A DNA stretch of 64,000 nucleotides from Sphyrna mokarran (taxonomy: Eukaryota), in NCBI GenBank assembly GCA_024679065.1, contig JAGIQG010000010.1, forward strand, positions 62,744,001 to 62,808,000, written 5' to 3'. Under the pieces are notes generated by a model. It made no database searches and was not told the DNA's origin. It was given only the letters and a program-made list of their open reading frames with translations. Below, one piece after another: positions 1 to 13,110 of this stretch; position 1 is the first letter of the stretch, and each line of letters begins with the position of its first letter. The translations under genes and the position numbers were made by a program.

Positions 1-367
1 TATAATTTACAGCGTTGGAGGTGAGAGAGTTGCAGTACAGATCCTTTTGTTTTGAAGATGTTGTTTCTGAATATTGAAAGGAAAAAAACTTTGAAGTTCC
101 TTAGACACCTGAAGAGACCCGTAGCTAAATTGTGTTACTGAGGTGCAACTTATTTTCAGATATGTTGGGATAAAAGAGATCTTCTGGGAAGAGGTCATTG
201 ATCTCAAACATTGAGTGTGATCTTATTGTTTAACTATGCTGGTTAATTAGCATGGCAAACCGGGAAGATAGCATGAGAGGCCAAAAATCCACTCTTTTAC
301 TGGCAAGAACAGATTCTATTTATATCAAACTGATTATATTACAATCTACTTACCAGGTTCGGTATGA

Positions 368-472
368 ATGCTTCCCCTGTCCCATATGCTTCCCCCCATC
401 CCGTATGCTTTCCCCCTGTTCCGGATGCTTCCTCCATCCTGGATGCTGCCCACCTTCTGGATGCCTCCCCCC
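368..472. repeat. Degenerate minisatellite, about six 18-20 bp units
   Basis: Units beginning ATGCTTCCCC/ATGCTGCCC/ATGCCTCCC and ending in CCCAT/CCCGT/CCGG/CTGG repeat in tandem; this explains the repetitive ORFs at 252-722 and 350-598. Confidence 0.85.
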
Positions 473-1450
473 TCGCTGGCAAAACATCACGCTTATGAAT
501 ATCAGCACTGCTCTGCAGTATTGGGGACCAGGCACCATGGCTACACCAGGGAGAATCAGAGTCCATCGAAGCCTCTTTGCGATAAGGGATATGGCCAATC
601 AGTGTCTACTGGGCAGTGCCAGCCTAGCAGTATCCAGTTGGCACTCTGGCAACTATATTATTACACCTCCACTGTCCAGTTTGCTGAGTGAGGCAATAAT
701 GGGGGGGGGCTACGCACAATGAGGAGGGGGCTAATGCAGGAAGAAGTTCGGCAAGGATAAAGCTGTTTAAGGGGAGAGCTCTGTAAGAGGATTGGTTGTA
801 AAGAGGGGTTTGATCTGGAGGGAGTGGGCAGGCTTGGCTGCAGGAGGAGTCATATCAGGAGAAGGAGGGCACGTTGACCCTGCTAGGGATTCATCAGGTG
901 AGCCCTGATACCCGATGCTACTGACCTATGTTGGCATGGAGGATGTGACATATCACCGATAATGGGGAGAGGTGGCATCCAATATTCATTGAGATGGATG
1001 GGAGGAGTTCTCCCGGTTGAATAAGGTTTCGTAGCGCTTGACGCAATGGTGCCAGTGTTCTGAAGCCAGCCTCGGGCGCTGCCTGACCAGCTGAGTATTT
1101 CCAGCACATGTTATTTATATTGAAATTTCCAGCATCACAGTTTTTCCTGAAAATGCCAATGGTTTGTAGATAATGGAATAATATTGTTGGCTCTGTCCTC
1201 TGCTTCATCTTACGTTGGATATTATTTAGTGCCTTTTCTCCATTCAAATTCCTACATTACCCGTTCTTCTTGAATGCTTTGACTATGATGCCAGGAACTT
1301 TCCAGTACCTTGCTTCAGTGACCTGTTCACATTGGTCTCGGTAGCAGCTGGCGGAAGACTATTGAATTGTTTGGTGGGAAGGAGGCATGGAGCTGCAGGG
1401 TATTTTGGCTGGTGGAGGGATATGAATGGTAAAGTATAATCCAATGTTAG

Positions 1451-1702
1451 AACCATAGGATCACGCAGTGCAGAAGAGGCCCATCAGCCCATCAAGTCTG
1501 CACCGATACGAGAGAAATACCTGAACACCCACCTAGTCCCATTTGCCAGCACATGGTCCATAACCTTGAATGTTACAATGTACCAAGCGCTCTTACAGGT
1601 GCTTTTTAAAGGATGTGAGGCCTCTGCCACCCTCCCAGACAGAACATTCTACCCTCTGGGTGAGAAAGGTTTTCCTCACGTCCCCTTTAAACCTCCTGCC
1701 CC
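1451..1702 (-). mobile_element. CR1-clade LINE 3' end fragment
   Basis: Reverse-strand CR1/HER1-type 3' tail (seen on + as CATAGGATCACGCAGTGCAGAAGAGGCCCATCAGCCCATCAAGTC) followed by CCCTCTGGGTGAGAAAGGTTTTCCTC, typical of the CR1 ORF2 end. Confidence 0.75.
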
Positions 1703-1799
1703 ACTGACACCCCTTTGGCCTGCAACCCCCCCCATACCCTCCAGTCCCCTAATCACACACACAGCTGACTAGATAAAAATTATACAATATTTTTCCTTT

Positions 1800-3060
1800 T
1801 TCACCCCGGAGACACAGAGGCAAATATTTAAACAGAACAGTTAATAATCATAAACAGCAGCTTATTCGCTATGAATTGCAATCGCACTAAACTTCTCCTC
1901 TGTACTTGACTGCATTATTCATCAGCAATAAAAAGTTGCTGTTAAAATAAAAACTTAGGTTATTTCCCTGCGAGTCTGTCACCACTTAAAGTCAAGATCT
2001 ATAACAGCTGATATTTTCTACTGTCGAGTAGCCAAAATTAAGTTCCACCTGCAAATCTGGTTTTGTGCAAAATTGTGATGAATAAAATGCTGCTGCTGGG
2101 CCCAGTTCATTGAATTTGCAGACCAAATAATATCGAGGAAATCTCACTCGCGGAGAAATTAGGTCTAAATAATTGTTAAATTTTGTTTCCTCGGGAACCT
2201 TTTGACCTTTGTAATAGAAAGTAAAAACACATTTCAGTTATTAAAGCCACATAAATCCCCAGAAGTATGGGAAGCTTTTAATTTGAGCTGAAGCTCTTCC
2301 GGGCTATTCGATAGTGCTAGGACAAATATTCTCCTGTATTGCAGCTCAGAGTTTTGGGTCCTCTTCTCTGGGGAATGGAGGGAAAGATGATAAATAAGCA
2401 GTTTCCTGTACCCAAGATAGAGAAAAATATGCAGGCTTATAAACGCTTTCTTGAGTGCCAGTAATAACTAAAGTGAAGAATGCCGATCTGTTGAATAATT
2501 TCCCCACTGCAATATTATAAACGCAGTTCTTTTATAAACACTCAGGGCTATTAAACCTGGAAAATATAATTACCTTGGGCAGTTGCAGATGGGACAAGTC
2601 CAGTTGCATTAGTTCTTATTATTTAATATGGGATACAATTTACTTTGAAATAGAAAAACAATACTAGATAAAGTGGTGATTGTGCTTTTATGCGTAAACT
2701 GAGGTTTGTTTTTATCCACAATGAGTAATGAGAACTGCCACATCTAAAGCCAACAGAATGCAGTTTGCTACATTTCAAATACATATTTTTTCCTCTTTTT
2801 GATTTTCCAAGACTGCAATTCATTTACCAGCATGATACGTGATCATTTTAAATCTGATCAATAACTCAAAGAGAGTTAAAGGGGAAGGGAAGCATTGGGA
2901 ACAAACAGTTTCTTCAAGTGGGCATTTAATGTTTGCCTCAATACCTTTAATTTTAAAATTTGCCTAATAATGATTGTTTATGTCAGCAAAGATTATCTAT
3001 AAACCGCCATGCATTTGGCAACATCAATTACGCGTAAAGGTTTCTTGTAATGTGATAACA
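1800..3060. promoter_or_regulatory. Candidate conserved non-coding (enhancer-like) block
   Basis: About 1.3 kb without recognisable repeats, AT-rich, with many TAAT/TTTAT homeodomain cores and retained CpGs (CTCGCGGAG; palindrome TTACGCGTAA at 3028-3037). Conservation is inferred, not measured. Confidence 0.35.
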
Positions 3061-3080
3061 AAGCACAGACTATCTCTACC

Positions 3081-3360
3081 ATTTTTTAAAAATTCATTCA
3101 TGGGATGTGGGTGTCACTGGTTGGCCAGCATTTATTACCTATCCCTAGTTGCCCTTGAGCTGAGTGGCTTGCAAGGCCATTTCAGAGGATATTTGCATTG
3201 GCTCTGGAGTCACTTGTAGGTCAAACCAGATAAAGATGACAGATTTCCTTTCCTAAATGACGTTAGTGAATTAGATTTTTTGACAATTGACAATTGTTTC
3301 ATGGTCATCAGTAGATTCTTAATCCAGATCATTTTTATTGAATTCAAATTCCACCGTTGG
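3081..3360 (-). mobile_element. Shark tRNA-derived SINE (5'-truncated), family with AGGGCAATTAGGG...ATCCCATGAA tail
   Basis: CATGGGATGTGGGTGTCACTGG...TTGCCCTTGAGCTGAGTGGCTTGC...GACAATTGTTTCATGG...AAATTCCACC. Related sequence at 50775-50960; tail-only copy at 3850-3941. Confidence 0.75.
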
Positions 3361-4074
3361 TTATAACAGGATTTTTACTTCAACAGTTCAACATCAGCAT
3401 GAGTGCTGCACATTGCCAGAAAGCTTCAAATTTATGTCTCCCTTATCGATGTCACCATGATGCGGTTATGATTTAAATATGCAAAACACATCCATTGCAA
3501 ACTTTACTGAAACTCCAAATTTTATTCCATTTAAAGAAAAAGTGTACTAGAAAAATAGAGAGCACAGCAACAATAGACAGTCCAACTTTCTTCCAGGAAT
3601 TTGCAGTCTCCATCTTGTACATACCTGCTACTACCAAGTTCCACTATGTGGTGAGCACTCTGTGTATTGTCTCTCTACTCAAATGTGTCACCTCAACTCT
3701 ATACCATGCCCTTAATCACTACAAACCCAGCTCCACTTATACTTTACCATCACTGTATTGTAAATGTTATTGGGACTGTATCAGCCCAAGCCTTTGTATG
3801 TTATCTATGTCTTGCTGCATATGGGGAGAGATTACTTCAGTATCTGAGGAGCTAGCAAAGCCACTCAGTTCAAGGCCAACTAAAATGGGCAATAAATGCT
3901 GGGGTCAGCTAGCAATGCCCATGCCCCAGGGAAAAAAAAACAAACTGGCAGAGATAGTCAGTACTTACCACCAGTGTTCCACAGCATGCAACCTCTGTCC
4001 ATCACACTACCACTCTGCACTGATCATTACTAGCCTCCACTTTCTGATAGATTACGTCAAGGTGAGAGGTTGCG

Positions 4075-4385
4075 CAGTTCCTCAGATACTGAAACAGTCT
4101 CTACCCAAATGTGGCAAAACATAGACAACATTCTGGCTTGTGCAGATATGGACCAAGTAACATTTACAATACACCAGCCAGTGACTGCCTCCAATAAGAC
4201 AAGTCTAACCATCTCCGCACAACATTCAAAGGCATCCCCGTCTTTAAAACCTTTCACCATCAATATCCTGTGCATGGTGCATCCTGGCTCAGGAAGGTGG
4301 CTCAGCATACCTTCTCGAGGGCAATTAGGGAAGGCAACAAATGTTGGTGCTTCTTGCAATGTTCAATCCCACAAACAAATAAAAT
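4075..4385 (+). mobile_element. Internally deleted CR1/L2-group LINE fragment (RT end plus 3' tail)
   Basis: ORF 4070-4414 reads QNIDNILACADMDQVTF, like the post-YADD 'LQQDLDNIQAWADKWQVTF' segment. It ends in AGGGCAATTAGGGAAGGCAACAAATG, the tail shared with the SINE at 3081-3360. Confidence 0.65.
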
Positions 4386-5108
4386 TCAAAAACATTTTCC
4401 TTTCTTCAGTATGAACAATAACCCAAAAAATGTCACTGAATATTGATATTAATAAACAACAAAACCCAGAAAAACATAGAAATTTCAAAAATGGAGAAAT
4501 TACTTGCTGCTTAACAGGTTATTTAGTATGGTCAGCTCACATTTAGAAAGATTGTCTGGAGTCTGCATTTGCAGCAGAGTTTGTGTGAGTATAGTGTATC
4601 TCATTCAATTGTCTCATTCCCATTACCTTTATCGAATAAAAGGTTAAGAATGCTGTAATTTTCTGACTAAACTAATAAATCCTTATCAAAAATGAAACCA
4701 GCATTATTTTTAAAACCTGAAGTAACAACTGAAATTAATTCCTTATATATAATTAATTAATGAGTTTTTTTGAACAATATGACATAGTGTTTCTTAGTTT
4801 CCTCAGCGAAAGAGGAAATGACATCAGAGATTGCCATGAGAACTTCTCCATGTTTCTGCCCATTCAACCAGTAACATAAATAAAGTTCAAATATCTGCTC
4901 TGTCTTTTCATTTTTGCTTTTGGCAGAATGTACCAGAAGTAACAAAAATAGTACAATGGGCAAGAAATGGCTCATTTATCACATGGAATCTTTAAAAATA
5001 CACTGCAAATGTTTAAGATTTATGATTAGACTGGTGTGTCATACAGCATACATGAAGTATTTAAAAATTTCTGAAGTTGGAGCACCACAGATAGGTAAGA
5101 GAAGACAC

Positions 5109-5241
5109 TGCATGGAATTTTCCTGCCCCCCCCACCCCCATCATGGGAAACATAGCAGGTGGGGGCAGACTGTGCAAAGGTCTGCTGACCTTGGGCAGGA
5201 TTTTCTGGTTTTGTAGCGAATCCAACCATAAAATCTCACCC
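5109..5241. mobile_element. Short Harbinger-type MITE
   Basis: Degenerate TIRs (GGAATTTTCC...AAAATCTCACCC); interior similar to 6585-6714 and 28681-28806. Confidence 0.6.
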
Positions 5242-6229
5242 TCTTACCAAATTAAATGATTCATGTTTACCACATTTTTCTTTTGTCACATGTTCATGAA
5301 ATACTTGCAATTGCTTCAAAACTACCAACTCTGATATGAAAAAGGTTTGCATCTTTATTCAATTGCCTAAAATATAATTTACAAAGGTGACAGAAAATTA
5401 AAATATATAGCAGATGGGCTAGAGTTGTGCTCATTTGGAAAGACTTTGTGAATTTTTCAAAATGGTGGATGAGCCTTAGATATGGAAATTCATTTCCCAT
5501 TTCTGATGGTCCCATTTTTTTCTGGCAGTGGGAAGGGATTGGGCATGCCAATTGTAAGAAGGAATCCAGAACTCAGTCAGGCTATTTGAACTTGGTACTG
5601 AGTTCAAACAAACCCCATTTCATCTGGTCCTATGATTTTAACTTGCAGTATGGGAATCACAAATTTATGTCATAGATGTAAATGTTCTTAAAGGGTGGGT
5701 AAGGTTAATTTAACTGTAATGATCAGAAGTCTTTTTTAAAACCCCCATTCTTTACACATGAAAAAAATTAATGTTGTCAGAGTGTTTTCAAAACCCTCTG
5801 CTGAACTCCTTTGATTGAAAGGACACCTGGTATATGTTTACTAAGAAAACATTACTACCTGGTCATACAGTTTCAGTGGAGTTCTTTATTGACATTTCCC
5901 CAAGGGTTCTTATTATATCATCATGAATGCTAGGCTGAGTTTCAGAGGCTACAATTATTCAGCACTTCTGAGTTCTCAGTTTGATTGACAGTTTAAAGAG
6001 GCTATTCAAGCTATCTTGTCATGGAGTCTGAATGGAAGTTTGTTTTTATTAGAGATTAACCACTTAAGGAAATTAAAAGTTTGAAATGGTTTTATAAATG
6101 AAAGATTTTCATTACCAGGAGTAAAAGATTTGTTAGATTATAATTTTTTTTAAATTTCACATGGCTCCTGAGTCTGCCTATGATAGATACTGAATGAGTG
6201 GCTTAGGAGGTATTGTGGATTGTCTGATG

Positions 6230-6410
6230 GAGCATGGGCATGGCACTGGTGTATAATGGGTCATCAGATTGGGTGGAAGCAAGAGATGACATGGAGATGG
6301 CATTGGGTATGTGGGCATGGGGTGAATGGGACATGAATTGTCATAGAGGTGGCATTGGGGTAAAATGGCACATAGGAGTGCACTGGGGATATGAGTTTGG
6401 CATGGAGATA
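6230..6410. repeat. Degenerate GGCATG/GGCATT-rich low-complexity repeat
   Basis: Recurrent GGCAT(G/T)GG units. Similar tracts at about 23150-23300 (reverse) and 52530-52630 suggest the interior of a dispersed repeat. Confidence 0.55.
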
Positions 6411-6584
6411 GCATATTCAATTTTAAATCCCTTTGAAATACAGCAGAACATCTGACAGGAAAGTTTATATATTAAAAATAATGCAACATCAACTTTACCA
6501 TAAAGAAATTAAGAGAGCTAAAGAGAGAGACACTGTGGGTGAGTGATAAAAATGGAACTGCAGTGAAACATAACAAGAGATATT

Positions 6585-6714
6585 GACCAGAATTTTACAG
6601 TCCCACCCACCACAGAAATTAGAGCAGGCAATGAGGTAAACCATGGAAAGGTCCATTGACCTTCGGGTGGGATTTTATAGTTTTGGGTTGAGCAAGGCCA
6701 TAAAACTCCCACCC
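6585..6714. mobile_element. Short Harbinger-type MITE
   Basis: GACCAGAATTTTA...TAAAACTCCCACCC ends; core CCATGGAAAGGTCCATTGACCTTCGGGTGGGATTTT shared with 28681-28806. Confidence 0.65.
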
Positions 6715-7573
6715 ATCGTGTGGAAATATCACTACAAATCTACTCTTCGACTCTCCAGTAACTCCAAAAGACAAGTGAACGTCAAATTCCAGAGGTAAAG
6801 TTGAAAGTCAGACAATCTACGAAGAGAAAAATGAAACCAAGTTTATTTCCATTAGTTTCAAAACTCATGAGGAACAATCACTACTGGAAGGAGTTGTTTC
6901 TATTTCCAATGCTGGCTGTCTGCCACTGTGACAAGTGTGTGCAGTTATGTTCCAAATCACATCTAACAATATTGGCAGCAGTAATATTTGAACCAGAGCA
7001 AGTCAAACAAGGACGATAATAACTGTGTGTGCAATAAAAATTGCTGTTTGTTTTTCTTCAGATTAACTTGAGGCATGAAAAATGTATTGAAACGCTTGAA
7101 ATCATCGAGATTCTCTGATGTTTTAGTCCATTCCATTTTTAACCTCAATTTTGTTATACCTCCAACTGAAACAAAACAAGACCCAGCCATCATGTACCCC
7201 CCAACTTAGAAAATAAACTACAACTACAAAATTCTGTGCCATGACTGCTGCCTTCTCTATCATTGGATGGATTACGGTTTCACACAAAATGCTTAGTTTC
7301 TGGTAATTATCTCAAAAAACCTGCAGTAATTTTTTTGGTCGTTAGTTTTGCAAAATCAGTAGCAGTATGCATCTTCAGGAAGACCTGCTATTGACAAGAT
7401 AAAACATGCAAACTGAATAGAGCTAGATCTTTTATCATTTGGATAGTGATACGAGTCTGAAGCATGTACCACTGTTTAGGAATATCTAGTTATAATCCAC
7501 TTATCTGGATGAATGCTAACTATGTAATGTATCGGAATATCCAGTGGACTTTTTAGACTAGCCTAGGGCCATT

Positions 7574-8375
7574 GGACCGATTTTACCATTTTAATTTTAA
7601 GTGCTGGACAGACTTGAAGCTAGGAGTGTTTCAGATGCAACTTTTAGACCCGTTATCAAGTTCCCCTCATACACACTCCACCTGAAAAAATATCAGCCAT
7701 TCTGAATCACGCTGGAGAAGCCAGTGGGCAGAGTTTAATGTGCTCAAAATCCCCTGTAGCTTAGATTGATGCTTCCAACTGCACATGCGCAGAAAAGGAG
7801 AGAATAACACTTCCCTGCCACATCATTCCAGGGCTGGATAATGCTTTCCCCAAGCCCCATAGATATTGTCCCACTCGCACATTACTGACCCACTTATCCA
7901 CCCCTCCCCACCATCCAGACCGATCATAAGCCCCTCCCCCAATCCCCACCAATCTGAGGCAGAGTAGCAGTGAACCCACCTTCGTTCTCATTGATCATAG
8001 GCAGATGGTAGTGGTCCCAACCCCATCCCTACCACCACCAATCTCAAGCAGAGACACTTGGCATTTACCTCCTCATTCGCTGAAGCATGCGAATCAAACT
8101 TTTGTTCAGCATGTCTGTTTCGTGCCGAATCTGGATGGTCAAACGCAGTAATAAGCGGGAGAGTGCTGGTAAGGTTGGGCGTGCAGTCCATTAAGTCCAT
8201 TTAAATACATGCAAATGTATTTAAGCAGCCATTCTGTCCATGATTGTGGTCATTTTTGGGCCTTGGTATAGGATGTACTGGCAAGATAGGCAAGGGTTGC
8301 AGTTCTTGCTTCACCCCAACTTTACCAAGTTTTCACACTCGAAAACAGGCACAACTTAACAGTAAAATTGGGCCC
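7574..8375. mobile_element. Non-autonomous PIF/Harbinger-like DNA transposon
   Basis: TIRs GGACCGATTTTACC / AGTAAAATTGGGCCC with a 3-bp TSD ATT (7571-7573 and 8376-8378). Both ends are homologous to 33092-34301. Confidence 0.8.
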
Positions 8376-8599
8376 ATTATGTTAAAAATTATCCCCAATA
8401 GATTTAAATGAGAAGTAGCAGAATTTTGCAAATTCTTAGGCTAAGATAGAGCTCAGGACTTAATTCTTGCATTTGGATTGGGTCCAAGGAAAGCTTCGTG
8501 AACGTTGAATACATAAAAGACTAAAAGATTTTTAGGCTTTTTTTTGTATTTGTCACTACCTTTTCAGTCTATGTATCACATTCTGGCTTTAGACCTTCC

Positions 8600-10020
8600 A
8601 GAGAAACCAATCTTTGTTACCAGACAAACCCAAAATAAATGTTGAGATTAATACCAGGAATTATACATTGGTTCATCAACCTGGCAATGCACTTGATTCA
8701 ATAAATCATAAGGCTATATGGATTGTGCTGCAAAGATTTGGGTATCAAAGAAACTTCTTCATATTCCTGCAACGACTTCATGATGATATCACTGCAGCTG
8801 GCTTGAGTGGGAGATTGAAACAAACACCTAACTGCGGTCAAGCAGTTTATGGGATAATCCCCACACTACTTACAATTTACCTGAAAATGGCTATTCGCCT
8901 CATCAAAGACTGTCCTCTGATGTCAGTACTAAACTCATCTGATGGAAAACTATTAAACCTCATTACCTGTATGCAAAACGAAACTGGTCACCATAGATAT
9001 ACATGATCTACAGTTTGTGGATGAGTGCAGTGTCTTGCCCCTTCTGCATACGTGCAACTCAGCCTGTTCTTGAATATTGCCAAAGGAAAACTAATATATC
9101 AACCAACCCTTGGTTGGCTAAATATTCCACCTCCAAAATATATTAAAAAGATGAAAGAAGGCATGGTTAAAATGATCAACAGCTGTCAAGCTTTAATTGT
9201 CTGCATCCTCCTATTGACTAGGCAGAACCTTTTATAGATCTGTGCCAACTTCTGCATAATCTGGTAGCCACCTCCCTCAAAAGACCATCATTATTGAGGA
9301 GACTTGACACCAGATCAGCTGTGCCTGTTTAACATTCTACAAACTATGGTAGTGAGTGTTTGGCATTAAAGACCTCAGTAAGTCAACAAACGTGCTACTA
9401 TACTGAGCAGTTATTGTCCCTACATTCCTGTGCTACAGTGAGAGCTAGGGTAGGATTTTCCAGTCCTTTATGCCTGCAGGATTCATCAGATTTGCCAATG
9501 GCGAGACTGGTGTTTCGCACAAAACGGCATAGACATTAACAGGACTTAAAGATCCTGCCGGTGGCCAATGGTGAGCTGCCTCCGCCAACTAAATAAATGC
9601 CCTAGGACAGCTGGAAAATCCAATCCCTGGACGATAAGAACTCTAGAAAAATTCCAGCAACAATGCCTCTGTCAGTTCCTCAGGATTCATTGAGAAAACA
9701 GTTGAGCAAATGCTTGAAGGCAGATCCACAAACATTGAGATAAAACTCAGCAGTACGATTTTGATGGACTGAGCACTATGTCTGGGTGACTAAAAACTGT
9801 ATCACCTTCAGATCCTGTTCCTTCAGCTTCCAAATCATTAATTTTCCAGGAGATAATAAAGAAAACATTTCAATGACTCTCTGAAGCTCTCCTTGAGATA
9901 CAACTATAACAACTGGGAAGAGCTTGTTATTGAACATTCAGAACCTCGACAGATTGTCCATCGAGTTGTGTCATGCTTCAAGCGCAACATCTTAACGATG
10001 AGGCAAAGAAGGTTAGAAAA
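8600..10020 (+). mobile_element. Decayed RTE-clade LINE (RT domain to C-terminus), interrupted by a MITE
   Basis: ORF 8614-9006 (ALDSINHKAIWIVLQRFG...LQRLHDD...IIPTLLTIYL...DGKLLNL) matches RTE RT motifs; DLQFVD at about 9005 is a decayed LQYADD; multiple stops and frameshifts. Confidence 0.85.
9448..9627. mobile_element. Harbinger-type MITE inserted in the RTE relic
   Basis: TIRs GGGTAGGATTTTCC / GGAAAATCCAATCCC. The RTE 'SE.W T' codons are split around it. Confidence 0.75.
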
Positions 10021-11169
10021 TGAAGCAGTGTGGACTCATGGGAGATGGTTGCAACCCTGAGTAGACATTATCATTGCAGTGAGGGATAGCCAATAATGAT
10101 ATATTTCATATAAAGTTGTAAATCTTACAAAAGCATTCATCCTTGTTTTGAAAAAGGGCATTTTATTTTTCTTTGACTAAAAGTCCTTTGTAGAACCTAA
10201 ATGAACAAAATGTCATACCTTCATTCATTGGGAAACTGACTATATTTGAATCATTTACTAAACTTCAGGAAAACCAAAATAGCAGAAAGAAGAAAGGATA
10301 AGGAAAAGAATGTTTCACAATGTAAATTTGTTCAGGTGCTCAAGGATCCATGAGATAACTAAGAGTGTATAGTTCAACCTTATGATAGGAGTTTTGAATT
10401 GTCCCATTGTGTGCTGAAGCAATTCAGAATGAAATAAGATATGGTAAGAAAGTCAATAGCTATCAATTTTGATTGTCTGCAACCAACAACTGATATACCC
10501 AGGACATTTCATTGATCCTGTACCATCTATTGTACAATTATCCATAATGAAACTGAGTCGTAAGCATAGCATTGCCAATGACAATCAACTTGTTGATGGT
10601 GATTCTTCCCTCGTTGTTTTCCCCATTACCTCCTGTGTTCTTGGAAGAGTATCAGAGTAAAAATGGGGCAATGCTTGTCTAACCTATCATTGGAATCAGT
10701 ACCTCCACGTCATCATCCATGAAATGGATACTATGCCATTCCTTCATTTGTTAATCCTTATATCCTGCTTCTAAATGTATTGTGATGACCACTAGCTTTG
10801 TCCATCCAGTTTTTTTTGCTACAAGCAACATATTCTTATTTTTTTGATCAAATAGTAGGCATAAATACTGTTCAGTTGTCCAAGTATTTGACTGTCAGGC
10901 AGAGACTGACTTTTATGTTTTCCATATAGCATCTCACTTCCTCTCAATGTTTTCATGCAAACGGAAACATTGCTTTTGCAAGATGAATGTGACAAATTAG
11001 GGTCAAGTGAACAATGCCTCTGTGTGATTGACCACATTCAGGAGAAGAGTACAAAGACAGAATTGGGCAAATACATGAAACACATACCCTGTGGTTATGA
11101 TCTCACCTTTGCTCACTGTCAGGAGCACTTGCCTCTTGGTCTTTCATCGCATATTAAAAAAATGCATAA

Positions 11170-11385
11170 TACATCCTATGGCAGATGGGAGTTCCTCTGG
11201 CCAATATTTACCCCACAATCAGCACCATTGAAACAGAGAATCTAGTCACCATTACTTTGCTTCTGTGGGAGCTTGCTGTGTGCAAGTTTCCTACATTCCA
11301 ACTGTGAAAACGCCTCAAAAGAATATGACTGGCAATGAAGTATTTTGGGACAATCTGAGGTTGAAAAAAATGTTTTTTAATGCAG
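11170..11385 (+). mobile_element. DeuSINE (SacSINE1-like) 3' half
   Basis: CTGGCCAATATTTACCCC...TGTGGGAGCTTGCTGTGTGCAAGTTTCCTACATT; homologous to 29060-29492. Confidence 0.7.
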
Positions 11386-11752
11386 AATTCTGAATTTGAA
11401 TGCTATAATTTCATTCCAGGTTTTTAGATAGCAATTATAAATATATGGTTAACTGCTGCTATTGGTTATGTGCCTTGAATGTCCCTATCGCATTATAGTT
11501 TAAAATATTGTGTATTATTTCAGATTAATCCTCTGTTAGGTGGGTTAATAAATACAGTGACATATCGCAATTTCTCTTCTTTAATTGTGAGTATCAAGGA
11601 CGTAAAGAACCCAAAATTCCATGGTGGTTTCCTGCTGTGACACTGATAGAATCGATCATTGATTTTAAAGGTCATTAGTGCCTATTATGATGGTAGTTCT
11701 TCTTGGAAGAATGGAGCAAAAACGTCTTAAAACAATATTAATCATCAAAAAG

Positions 11753-11794
11753 GCCATGTTATATCAATAGCTTTCTCACACCAGATTGTGTAAA
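11753..11794. repeat. 42-bp module, copy 1
   Basis: 39/42 identical to 13111-13152, with a 25-bp exact core GTTATATCAATAGCTTTCTCACACC. Confidence 0.95.
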
Positions 11795-12389
11795 AGTTGA
11801 ATATTTGAGACGAATATTTTAGTCCGGAAGTCCAAGGGCCAACTTTTACCTGGTAATGTTCTTGAAAGGTTAATACGCGTGCTTGATTGAGGCCAAAAAG
11901 TACCTTTGCAATGGAATTAGAATACAAACAGCAACACTGAAGAACTCTTACGAATTTGCCAGTATTTACTTATTTTATAACACTACAAACTATAGACATT
12001 TCATCCAATAAATTAGGACATATCTAAAGGTTCCCATGATTACCTGTACATTAATGGACCACAAGTAATTAATAATCACAATATGGTTTGCCGCTTGAAA
12101 AACTCAAGTTGACTTTTACACATGGTATATGGAACATTACGTTCCTTTAGGCCAAAAGTCACGGGGTGGCTTTTTACATCAGCGTGACTTTTGCATGAAT
12201 ATACGTGGTATTTTTATCTGCTTTATATTGGAGATGAATCAAAAATGTCATGCATTATTCTCATAACCAAACTGGCACTGGCAGGCTATCTGATTATGAG
12301 GAGTATCACAGTGTAACTTAGTCTTGATCTCATCTTATGTCTGCATTTGCATACTTAACAGGAGAATGAACCGTGAGACCAGAAAATCA

Positions 12390-12532
12390 CAAACATTAGG
12401 AACAGGAGTATGCTATTCAGTCCTTTGAGCCTGCCCAGCCATTCAGTACAATCATGGTTGATCTGACATTCCTCATGTCCTCTTTTCCATCCTTCCCCGT
12501 AACCCTTGATTGTCTTGCTGGTCAAAAATCTT
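12390..12532 (-). mobile_element. CR1 LINE 3' end fragment
   Basis: TTAGGAACAGGAGTATGCTATTCAGTCCTTTGAGCCTGCCCAGCCATTCAG...CCCCGTAACCCTTGATT. Confidence 0.75.
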
Positions 12533-13110
12533 TTGGATGTTGTCTCTTCCCCAGTTCCTGAATGTTGAGGCCACCTGTGGTGTCTTATTAAAAAAACCAC
12601 TTAGGATCAGGTTATTCAGCATAGAATCAAACGTGATGCCTTCTCTGTCTGTATGGACCTTTTCTGGATTGGGCAGTGCATTGACTAACTGAGCAAACTA
12701 GGTAACTAAGATAAGCTTCATTGAGCTTATTTGAGAACTGCGAGTTAGTATTTGTAGCAGGAAGGTAGTATGTTTCCTTATTTCCTGCTAAGTGCCAGAT
12801 TCTTCTGACCTGTAGTAAAAGGGTTGACTGTAATTAAGCCAGTTGTTCTCAGGGTAAAATTTTCTCACAGAAAAAATGATGCATGCAATCCATAAGGAAA
12901 AACATCTAATCAAGTCTTATACAATCACTTGAGGAATTAGCCAGATAAGCTATTATGGGTCAAAGAATCTTGTTATCCATTGACCAAATGTTTATTTTAT
13001 AGAGCACAAAGTCCATTTATATTTTGACTAGGAAACTGATCATGAAAAACACTGTGTCTCAAGCCCGCCCACTGAATTGTAGTGTTGTACATTCGACCAA
13101 AAGCTGATCA

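Noticed and set aside
3495-4124. Longest ORF in the track (209 aa)
   Set aside because: Non-ATG start, runs through a SINE tail (3850-3941) and into a LINE relic, and has no recognisable domain; a chance open frame.
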